Source: Omnitrophica WOR_2 bacterium RIFCSPLOWO2_12_FULL_51_24 (GTDB lineage Bacteria; Omnitrophota; Gorgyraeia; Pluralincolimonadales; Pluralincolimonadaceae). Taken from it: a stretch of 33,406 nucleotides of DNA. Of the stretch, positions 25,101 to 33,406 are shown piece by piece (within the stretch, counting starts at the first letter, position 1; the number at the start of each line of letters is the position of its first letter). The position numbers were made by a program, and so were the translations under genes. The DNA lies in NCBI GenBank assembly GCA_001805885.1, contig MHHC01000020.1, positions 1 to 33,406 of the forward strand, written 5' to 3'. The notes beneath the pieces were generated by a model. That model worked only from the letters and a program-made list of their open reading frames with translations, was not told the DNA's origin and did not search any database.

Positions 25101-25466
25101 ATGGTTACCGGCGGCAAGCCGTTTGCGCTGGATGGGAACGGTAAACTGGTATTCAGCCTCTCGCCGGCCTTGAAGGGCGATATGTTCCTTAAAAAGGACC
25201 GCAAGGTCAGTTATTATTCTCCCTGCGGGAAATTACGCGAGGAGACGGTAAAGAAGGGCACGGTGAAATTCATCTTCCTGGGAAAGATCCCCGTGACTTA
25301 CGTCAACCCCAAGGGAAGAGATATATTCGGGAAGAGCGAGGGAGCCAAGTATCTGGTGACGCTCGAGGATGGCACTACAAAGGAATTTACCGGCAGCGTC
25401 CCCGGGCCGTACGCGGATCTTATAAGAGAGAGAAAAATAAAAGAGATAAAGGTGTTCTTCAACTAG
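22104..25466 (+). CDS. Uncharacterised 1120-aa cytoplasmic protein; possibly a distant (alpha/alpha)6-barrel glycoside phosphorylase/hydrolase (GH94-like)
   Basis: GGAG lies upstream and there is no signal peptide. Notable motifs are [25 protein letters not shown] near the N-terminus, [13 protein letters not shown], and [13 protein letters not shown] at residue ~670. The last recalls the DWND(C/A)LN catalytic-Asp motif of GH94 phosphorylases. [13 protein letters not shown] follows. The assignment rests on motif resemblance only. Confidence 0.7.
   Translation: [1120 protein letters not shown]
23493..23540 (+). repeat. In-frame 24-nt tandem duplication (KVLSEAKG / TVLSEAKG)
   Basis: The two units are aaggtcctgagcgaagcgaagggc and acggtccttagcgaagctaagggc. 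They match at 21 of 24 positions. Two of the three differences are synonymous. Confidence 0.85.
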
Positions 25467-25484
25467 ATCAAATAGGAGGTTTCG

Positions 25485-28256
25485 GTGAATAAGGGTGTTG
25501 TTTCTTTCGACAGAAAGAGCATGATCATAGGCGGAGAACGCGTGTTGCTCTACGGCGGAGAGTTCCATTACTTCCGCGTGCCGCATGAATTATGGGAAGA
25601 CAGGCTTCAGAAGATGAAGGCGGCGGGCTTAAACCTCGTCGCGACGTATATACCGTGGAATTTCCACGAGACGAAAGAGGGCGAATTTAATTGGGCGCGC
25701 GACCGCGATCTCGAGAAATTCATAACACTGACCGAGAAATACGGGTTTTATCTTGTCATAAAGCCGGGCCCGTATATCTGCGCGGAGTGGGATTCCGGCG
25801 GGTTCCCGGATTGGCTCTTGGCCAAAAAAATAAATCTGCGCGAAGACGATCCCAAGTATCTTAAGATTGTCGGCAAGTATTATAAGGAGATCGCAAAGAT
25901 CCTCAGGCCGCATCTGATCACTAAAGGCGGCAACATTATATTGTTCCAGATAGAGAATGAATACGACCACCTCATAGCATTCAGCGGCGTAAAGAGATAC
26001 AGGGACAACGCGCTGCGCTATCACCTTAAATTGCTCAAGATGGTGCGTAAGACGGGTATAGACATTCCGACTTTTGCGGTCGAAGGAAGTTTCTTGAGAA
26101 AGAGCGAGATAATCGACGCGAGGACGTATTACCCGAACATCCCGTGGATATGGCTGTGGGAGTTCAACGATTTCGACAAGGCGATAGACGCCTCGGTCGC
26201 GGAACAGCCCAAAAAACCCCTGATGATAATGGAGCTCGAGACCGGCTGGTTCGCGCAGTTCGGCAGACCTCTCTATCAGATAGAGCCGGAGGTCACGAGG
26301 GCGATACTTAGGACGGTCATAGCCGAGGGCGCGTCAGTAATGAACCAATTCCTGTTTGTCGGCGGCACGACATTCCCTTATTGGAACTGCAAGGGCGACT
26401 TAGACGGTATAGGCACCTGCACTACGTATGATTTCGGCCATTCGCCTATAAGGGAGTGGGGCGAGGTCTCTCCGACAAAATATCACATGGCCCGCAATAC
26501 CGCGCAGTTCCTCGATTCGTTCGAGGACGTGCTTTTCGAGGCGGAGAAGAAGGAGGGCGCGGCAAAGTTTATCGACGCCGGCAATACCGTGGCGCTCGTA
26601 GACCGGAAGAAGGGCGCGGTCAAGCCCGACTTCTCGGGGACTTTCGAGAACGTCAAAGTCGTCGAAACGGCCGGGAGGAAGGGCGGATTCATCATGATCC
26701 GCAATCTCACGGAAGATACCCACAGGGTCCAGATAGAATATTTTTCTCCGGCAGAGAAGAGGAACAAGAGGCTGCCCATGAAAGGGGACCTTGAGCTTGG
26801 CCCCCGGTCTTCATTCCTCTTACCCATCGATATACCCATAGGCGATGGGGGTATGGTACTGAAACAGTCGACATGCGAGCTCCTGTTGAGGAAAAAGATC
26901 GGCAACGATGAATTTGTGTTTCTCGTCGGAAAGTCGGAACTTAAAAGCAGGACCTATCTCAAATGCGGTTCCGCGAAACCGGTGGTCGTCGAGGGCGATT
27001 TCAGGGTAGAGAAGGCCAGGGACGGTTATATCATAGAGAACGATAACGGGGGGCTCCGCATAATAAAGGTGGGCGGGGTCTTTTTCGTATTCCTTGACGA
27101 TAAAAAGGCCGCAAGGGTATGGGACAGGCAAGAGGCGGTAGTGGTCAGCGATTACTATTATATCGGGGATATCCTCGTCGACCGGAAGTCCATCGGCATA
27201 AGCGCGCAGGTCAAGAACGGCAGCAACCAGCGCACGAGGATATTTACGGCCTTCGTGCCCAAGGCGATAAGGATCAACAACGTGAAGGTGAAATTCAAAT
27301 ACGACAAGGAGACCGGGTCGGCGACTTTCGAGTATGATTGCGCCGTGGAAGAGCTTCCGAAAATAACATGGCTTGACTCTCCCCGGTTCATCTCTGACAT
27401 CGAAGAGAAAGAATGCGGTTATAACGATTCATCGTGGAAGACGATAGCCTTGCCGAAGGCGCTGGAACAGGCAGGATTCCTGGAGCACGGTTTTATCTGG
27501 TACAGGCAGAAGTTCGGACTAAAGGGCAAACCGTCAGAGTGCCGCGCGAAGATCGTGACCAACGACATAGACAGGTTCTATGTCTATATAAACGGTGAAT
27601 TCATCTGGCGCGGGATAGGGAGCCCCGATCTTGATATTACGGGGGCCGTAAAGAAGGGCGAGAACGTCCTTGCCGTAAGGTATGAGAACGCCTATCACAC
27701 AAAGGCGCATCCGCATGAAGGGCCGATAAAAAAGCTGAGCGGCATAATGCAGCCGGTGAAGATACACGGCAGGGCATCCGGCAGGGCCTTTAGCATCATC
27801 CTGAAGAAGATGCTTATACGCGAAAGGGCGGGCGGCTTGATCAAGGGCTATCATAAATCCGAATGCAGCGAGAGCGGATGGAGGGTTTCGCCTCCGGCGA
27901 AGAAATACGTATTCGCGAAGGATATGGGCGAGCTCCTATGGTACAGGCGGAAGTTTAAGCTCTTGCCCCGCAAGGGCGGCGTCTGTGCCCTCAAGCTTAC
28001 GATAGACCACGCCTTAGAGAGATGCGTCATATATCTGAACGGGAGAGCGCTCGGCAAATACGAGTCGGTCGGGCCGCAGAACGATTTTTACATCCCGGAG
28101 CCGTTCCTGCGCAATGAGAATACGCTCGCGATCCTCATCGAGGGGCCGGGTTTCCACCCGGTCAAGGAATCCGGTTTCATGCCGCCGGTCCTGAAGGACC
28201 CGAAGATAGGTTTCTACTACACCGCGAAACTGTTGAATGTGAGAATATCCGGATAA
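25485..28256 (+). CDS. GH35 beta-galactosidase (923 aa, cytoplasmic), with C-terminal beta-sandwich (galactose-binding-like) domains
   Basis: GTG start with AGGAGG at 25474-25479. The GH35 pattern is classic: [60 protein letters not shown], acid/base FQIENEYD, and nucleophile region [11 protein letters not shown]. There is no signal peptide. The C-terminal WYRQKF and WYRRKF jelly-roll-like segments are repeated. Confidence 0.88.
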   Translation: [923 protein letters not shown]

Positions 28257-31200
28257 ATGGGCCACGCACACTTACCGGAAAAACAGGGATTATACGACCC
28301 GCGGTTCGAGCACGACAGCTGCGGCGTAGGATTCGTCTGCGATATCAAGGGCCGTAAGTCTTACGATATCGTAAAGAAGGGCATCCTTGCCCTTGAGCAC
28401 CTGATGCACCGGGGCGCGACCGGTTCTGACCCGAAGACAGGCGACGGCGCCGGCGTGCTTATTCAGGTGCCGCACGGGTTCCTATCGAAAGAATGCTCGA
28501 AGATAGGTATCAGGCTTCCGAAATCCGGAGATTACGGGGTAGGCCTCATATTTCTCCCGACCGATGATAAGGAAAGAAAATTCTGCGAGGATAATTTCAG
28601 AAAGATCATCGAGGAGGAAGGGCTTAAATTTCTCGGTTGGCGAGACGTCCCCGTTGATGATACCATGATAGGAAAGACCGCGAGGGAGACAGAACCGGCC
28701 ATAAAACATATCTTCGTTGGAAAATCCCCTGAAATTCCCGATGAACTTACGTTTGAAAGAAAGCTCTATGTGGCGAGGAAGCGCGCAGAGAGCCTCATCC
28801 GCAGCTCAAAGATACGGCAGAAAAAATATTTTTATATCACAGGGCTATCGTCGAGGACATTGAGCTATAAAGGGCTGCTTATGTCCACTCAGCTCAAGGA
28901 GTATTTCCTCGACTTAAAAGATGAGGGCATCGCGAGCTCTTTCGCGCTCATCCACGCGCGTTACAGCACGAACACATTCCCGACGTGGGACCTCTCACAG
29001 CCGTTCCGCTACCTTGCCCATAACGGGGAGATAAACACGCTGCGCGGAAACATAAACTGGATGGCCGCGCGCCAGGGATTATTTAGAAGCGGCCTCTTCG
29101 GAAAGGATATAAATAAGATATTCCCGGTCGTCGTCCCGGGCGGAAGTGACTCGGCGATGATAGACAACGCCCTCGAGATGCTCGTCTTAAGCGGCCGCTC
29201 TCTTCCGCATGTGATGATGATGCTCATCCCTGAGGCATGGCAGGCCCCGCAAGCGGGGCAGGCTAATAACCAGATAGACGAAAAAAGGAGAGATTTCTAC
29301 GAATATCACGCCTGTCTGATGGAGCCCTGGGACGGGCCCGCCGCGATCGCGTTTACCGACGGCAGATTTATCGGCGCGACCCTCGACAGGAACGGCCTGA
29401 GGCCGGCACGTTATGTCGTAACGAAAGACGGTATAGTAGTCATGGCATCGGAGGTCGGTGTCCTGGATATCGCGCCTGAAAATATCCTCGTAAATGGGCG
29501 CCTCAAACCCGGCAAGATGTTCCTTGTCGACACACATGAAGGCCGCATTATCGACGACAGAGAATTAAAAGACAGGGTCTCAACCGCCAAACCGTATAAG
29601 AAATGGCTAAAGGAAAATCTCGAGAGGCTTGAAGATGTTCCTGCGCCGAAAAAATTTAAATTCGCAGAGATAAAGGATATCCTCGGGTTGCAGAAGGCCT
29701 TCGGTTATTCGAAAGAGGACTTGAGGACAATAGTTAAGCCGATGGCCGAGACAGGCGCCGAACCGACCGGCTCGATGGGTGATGACACTCCGCTTGCCGT
29801 CTTGTCAATAAAGCCGAGGATGCTCTACGATTATTTCAAACAGCTTTTCGCTCAGGTTACGAACCCGCCGATAGACCCTATCCGCGAGGAACTCGTCATG
29901 ACCCTCGATACATACCTCGGCAGCGAGAAAAATATCCTCGATGAGACCCCGAGCCATTGCCACCGCCTTAAAGTAAGAAATCCGATCTTAAGGGACGAAG
30001 AACTCGAGAAGATACGGCATATAAAGAACAGGACATTCAGGACCAAGACGATCTTAACGTTATTCGAGGCTAAAAAGGGGAAGGTTGCGTTCAGGAGATC
30101 GCTGGATAGGATCTGCAAAGAGGCCTCGAAGGCGATAAAGGACGGATATGGTTTTATAATTTTAAGCGACAGGGGTGTAGGCGAAAAATACGCGGCCCTG
30201 CCGGCACTATTGGCAGTGGCTTCGGTTCATCATCATCTTATACGCGAGATGACGCGCACGCAGGCAGGCATAATAATAGAAAGCGGCGAGCCGAGAGAGA
30301 TCGCGCATTTCGCGCTCCTCTTCGGATACGGGGCGGATTGCGTGAACCCATACCTCGCCTATAGGTCCATAGAAGGCCTCATCAAAGAAAAAGAGCTTGA
30401 TATGGACCTCAAGACGGCGCAAAAGAATTACATCCATGCCCTCGTCCACGGCATATTGAAGATCCTTTCGAAGATGGGCATCTCGACCCTCCAGAGCTAC
30501 CGCGGCGCGCAGATATTTGAGGCGCTCGGATTAAACGATGAAGTGATCGAGAGATGCTTTACCGGCACAGTCTCGAGGATAGGCGGTGTCGGACTCGATG
30601 TGATCGCGCGGGAAACGATAGAAAGACACAGCGAGGCGTTTCACGAAAGGTCGGCCGAGAAGCCGCAATTAGCGGTCGGCGGGCTTTACCAATGGCGGCG
30701 AGACGGTGAATTTCATCTATGGAATCCGGAATCGATATCGGAATTACAGGATTCGGTCCGCAATAACGATTTCGAAGCGTTTAAGAGATTCGCCGAGCTG
30801 ATAAATAATCAGGAAAAGAGCCTTTGCACATTACGCGGGCTCTTAAAGTTTTCTACCAGAGGCGGAAAGGGCATCAGCCCCGTACCTCTGGAAGAGGTCG
30901 AGCCGGCATCGGAGATAGTCAAGCGTTTTGTGACCGGAGCCATGAGTTTCGGGTCGATAAGTAAAGAGGCGCACGAGGCGATGGCCACCGCGATGAATCG
31001 CCTGGGCGGTAAATCAAACTCGGGCGAGGGCGGGGAGGACCCGATAAGGTTTATTCCCCTTCCCAATGGCGATAGTTTGCGTTCGGCGGTAAAGCAGGTC
31101 GCATCCGGAAGGTTCGGCGTGACCAGTAATTATCTGACTAATGCCGACGAACTTCAGATCAAGATCGCGCAGGGCGCGAAGCCCGGAGAGGGCGGCCAGC

Positions 31201-32825
31201 TTCCCGGCCATAAAGTAAGCGTCACGATAGCGAAGGTCCGCCATTCGACGCCGGGAGTCACGTTAATTTCACCTCCGCCGCATCATGATATATATTCCAT
31301 CGAGGACCTGGCCCAGCTTATTTTTGACCTGAAGAACGCGAATCCACGCGCCCGCGTAAGCGTGAAACTCGTTTCCGAGATCGGCGTCGGCACTATAGCC
31401 GCCGGCGTGGCGAAGGGCCACGCGGATATGATACTCATCTCCGGAGGCGACGGAGGGACGGGCGCGTCACCTATCAGCTCCATCAAACATGCCGGATTGC
31501 CATGGGAACTCGGGATTTCCGAGACGCACCAGACACTCGTCTTAAATGACCTGAGGAGCCGCGTCCGCCTGCAGGCGGACGGACAGATGAGGACAGGCCG
31601 CGATATAGTCATCGCCGCGATCCTCGGCGCCGAAGAATTCGGTTTCGCGACCGCCGCGCTTATCGTCCTTGGCTGCGTCATGCTGAGGCATTGCCATCTC
31701 AACAACTGCTCGGTCGGCGTCGCCACGCAGGACGAGATATTAAGGAAGAGATTCGGCGGAAAGCCGGAATACCTGCAGACCTACTTTACTTTTGTAGCCG
31801 AAGAGGCGCGCCGCATCATGGCAGGGCTCGGCGTGCGCAAGATAGATGAGCTCATCGGCCGCACCGAATTTCTCGAGAGGAACGAAGGGGTCCTCCACTG
31901 GAAGGCGAGAGGGGTGAATTTCTCAAATATACTTTATAAGCCGCAGGTCCCGCCTCATGTCGGAACTCATTGCACAACGAAGCAGGACCACGGCATAGAT
32001 AAGGTCCTTGACCTCGAACTGATGGAACTGGCAAAGAACGCGCTCGAAAATAAAGAGCCGGTAAAAGCCGATTTGGCCATCAGGAATACGGACAGGACGA
32101 CAGGCGCGATGTTAAGCGGCGAGGTATCAAAGCGCTACGGGGAAGACGGGCTTCCCGACGGGACGATGCATTTCAAATTTAACGGGACGGCGGGGCAGAG
32201 CTTCGGCGCGTTCCTCGCTAAGGGAATAACTTTTGAGATCGAGGGCGAATCGAACGATTATATCGGCAAAGGGCTCTCCGGAGGCAAGATAATAGTCTAT
32301 CCTCCGAAAAGGGCGTCTTTCAAGCCCTCCGAGAATATCATAATAGGCAATACGTCTTTCTACGGCGCTACATCGGGCGAGGCGTATATCCGCGGGGTCG
32401 CGGGCGAGAGGTTCTGCATACGCAATTCGGGTGTTTTTGCGGTTATCGAGGGCGTCGGCGACCACGGGTGCGAATACATGACCGGAGGCCGCGTCATCGT
32501 TATCGGAAAGACGGGCCGTAATTTCGCCGCCGGCATGTCAGGCGGCATCGCCTATGTGTACGACGAGGATAAGAAATTCAGATCGCGCTGCAACATGGGC
32601 ATGGTGGAGCTCGAAAGGATCGGCAGCGAGGATAAATTCGCGATCCATTCCCTTCTGTTAAATCATTATAAATATACCGGCAGCGAGAAAGCGAAGAAGA
32701 TATTGGATAATATGGAGAAAGAGGTCAAAAACTTCGTCAAGATCATGCCGACCGAATACAAGCGCGTGCTTGAGGGCGGCATAGTAAAGAAGAAGCCGGT
32801 ATTTGTCGAGGTAAGCGATGGGTGA
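28257..32825 (+). CDS. gltB: Glutamate synthase (GOGAT) large subunit
   Basis: A 1522-aa protein. The N-terminal Ntn amidotransferase segment HDSCGVGFV supplies the catalytic Cys. The central domain, the FMN/3Fe-4S domain ([28 protein letters not shown]) and the C-terminal GXGXG beta-helix domain are all present. The ATG follows the GH35 stop codon with 0 nt spacing. Confidence 0.95.
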   Translation: MGHAHLPEKQGLYDPRFEHDSCGVGFVCDIKGRKSYDIVKKGILALEHLMHRGATGSDPKTGDGAGVLIQVPHGFLSKECSKIGIRLPKSGDYGVGLIFLPTDDKERKFCEDNFRKIIEEEGLKFLGWRDVPVDDTMIGKTARETEPAIKHIFVGKSPEIPDELTFERKLYVARKRAESLIRSSKIRQKKYFYITGLSSRTLSYKGLLMSTQLKEYFLDLKDEGIASSFALIHARYSTNTFPTWDLSQPFRYLAHNGEINTLRGNINWMAARQGLFRSGLFGKDINKIFPVVVPGGSDSAMIDNALEMLVLSGRSLPHVMMMLIPEAWQAPQAGQANNQIDEKRRDFYEYHACLMEPWDGPAAIAFTDGRFIGATLDRNGLRPARYVVTKDGIVVMASEVGVLDIAPENILVNGRLKPGKMFLVDTHEGRIIDDRELKDRVSTAKPYKKWLKENLERLEDVPAPKKFKFAEIKDILGLQKAFGYSKEDLRTIVKPMAETGAEPTGSMGDDTPLAVLSIKPRMLYDYFKQLFAQVTNPPIDPIREELVMTLDTYLGSEKNILDETPSHCHRLKVRNPILRDEELEKIRHIKNRTFRTKTILTLFEAKKGKVAFRRSLDRICKEASKAIKDGYGFIILSDRGVGEKYAALPALLAVASVHHHLIREMTRTQAGIIIESGEPREIAHFALLFGYGADCVNPYLAYRSIEGLIKEKELDMDLKTAQKNYIHALVHGILKILSKMGISTLQSYRGAQIFEALGLNDEVIERCFTGTVSRIGGVGLDVIARETIERHSEAFHERSAEKPQLAVGGLYQWRRDGEFHLWNPESISELQDSVRNNDFEAFKRFAELINNQEKSLCTLRGLLKFSTRGGKGISPVPLEEVEPASEIVKRFVTGAMSFGSISKEAHEAMATAMNRLGGKSNSGEGGEDPIRFIPLPNGDSLRSAVKQVASGRFGVTSNYLTNADELQIKIAQGAKPGEGGQLPGHKVSVTIAKVRHSTPGVTLISPPPHHDIYSIEDLAQLIFDLKNANPRARVSVKLVSEIGVGTIAAGVAKGHADMILISGGDGGTGASPISSIKHAGLPWELGISETHQTLVLNDLRSRVRLQADGQMRTGRDIVIAAILGAEEFGFATAALIVLGCVMLRHCHLNNCSVGVATQDEILRKRFGGKPEYLQTYFTFVAEEARRIMAGLGVRKIDELIGRTEFLERNEGVLHWKARGVNFSNILYKPQVPPHVGTHCTTKQDHGIDKVLDLELMELAKNALENKEPVKADLAIRNTDRTTGAMLSGEVSKRYGEDGLPDGTMHFKFNGTAGQSFGAFLAKGITFEIEGESNDYIGKGLSGGKIIVYPPKRASFKPSENIIIGNTSFYGATSGEAYIRGVAGERFCIRNSGVFAVIEGVGDHGCEYMTGGRVIVIGKTGRNFAAGMSGGIAYVYDEDKKFRSRCNMGMVELERIGSEDKFAIHSLLLNHYKYTGSEKAKKILDNMEKEVKNFVKIMPTEYKRVLEGGIVKKKPVFVEVSDG

Positions 32826-33406
32826 TGTCAAGGGTTTCCTGAAAGTAAAACGCGAGGCCCCGCCTTATCGCGCGGTATGCGAGCGCGTGAAGGATTTTAA
32901 GGAGGTAGCGGTCCTTCGGCCGGAGAAGAAGTCCCGGGAGCAGAGCTCGCGCTGCATGGACTGCGGCGTGCCCTTCTGTCATTGGGGATGCCCGATAGGA
33001 AACTATATACCCGAGTGGAACGACCTCATGTTCCGCGGCCAATGGGATAAGGCGATAGATGTCCTCCAGGCGACGAACAACCTTCCGGAGATAACCGGCA
33101 GGATTTGCCCGGCGCCGTGTGAATTCGCGTGCGTCCTCGGGATAAATGACGACCCTGTCACAATACGCGAGGATGAGCTCGATATCATCGAGCACGCGTT
33201 CAAACAAGGTTGGATAAAGCCCAATCCCCCGAAAAGGCGCACCGGAAAGAAAATCGCGGTTATTGGTTCGGGGCCTGCGGGCCTAGCCTGCGCGGACCAG
33301 CTCAACAAAGCCGGCCACAAAGTCACGGTATTCGAGAGAGATGACAAAGCAGGCGGCATCCTCCGTTATGGTATCCCGGATTTCAAACTTGATAAATCGG
33401 TCCTCG
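32818..33406 (+). CDS. gltD: Glutamate synthase small subunit (NAD(P)H-dependent), 5-prime partial, runs off window
   Basis: It is not in the ORF track because there is no in-window stop. My translation from the ATG at 32818 gives [18 protein letters not shown]...[26 protein letters not shown]...[24 protein letters not shown]...[48 protein letters not shown]. This is the canonical GltD N-terminus. It overlaps the gltB stop by 8 nt. Confidence 0.9.
   Translation, partial: MGDVKGFLKVKREAPPYRAVCERVKDFKEVAVLRPEKKSREQSSRCMDCGVPFCHWGCPIGNYIPEWNDLMFRGQWDKAIDVLQATNNLPEITGRICPAPCEFACVLGINDDPVTIREDELDIIEHAFKQGWIKPNPPKRRTGKKIAVIGSGPAGLACADQLNKAGHKVTVFERDDKAGGILRYGIPDFKLDKSVL

Noticed and set aside
1-33406. 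Search for CRISPR arrays, toxin-antitoxin pairs, restriction-modification or other defence systems, IS elements, rRNA genes and riboswitches.
   Set aside because: I found no spaced direct repeats, no small bicistronic pairs of defence type and no transposase or integrase motifs. Intergenic regions are too short (mostly under 30 nt) to hold riboswitches or arrays. The only repeats seen are protein-level domain repeats and the 24-nt duplication.

Overview
All supportable genes in this window (about 27 CDS and 3 tRNAs) lie on the + strand. The minus-strand ORFs in the track look like antisense shadows of conserved + strand genes.

The window has four parts:
(1) 1-8508 is a very tightly packed housekeeping array: xseA 3-prime end, xseB, ispA, dxs, a four-subunit 2-oxoacid:ferredoxin oxidoreductase (KorDABC-like), gltX, and a GT-C/GT39 ArnT-like glycosyltransferase.
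(2) 8577-11324 is a tRNA-punctuated segment. It holds tRNA-Gln(CTG), two small membrane-protein ORFs, tRNA-Leu(GAG), a xylose-isomerase-like TIM-barrel protein, a Gfo/Idh/MocA oxidoreductase, and tRNA-Glu(CTC).
(3) 11352-28256 is an accessory glycan-utilisation locus. In order it holds a divergent GH35-like enzyme, LacI regulator 1, a 1525-aa secreted multidomain GH2, two free-standing secreted paralogues of the GH2 C-terminal module, LacI regulator 2, a 1120-aa uncharacterised cytoplasmic protein, and a canonical GH35 beta-galactosidase.
(4) 28257-33406 encodes glutamate synthase: gltB, plus the 5-prime part of gltD running off the window.

I found no CRISPR array, transposase, integrase, rRNA or recognisable defence genes.

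The best candidate for something undescribed is a triplicated module of about 290 aa that resembles Glucodextran_C. One copy is fused to the giant GH2 and two are stand-alone exported proteins. It sits next to a 1120-aa protein with only faint GH94-like motif resemblance, in a locus with two LacI regulators, lacO-like operators and no transporter.

All family assignments come from motif recognition by eye. No database search was run.
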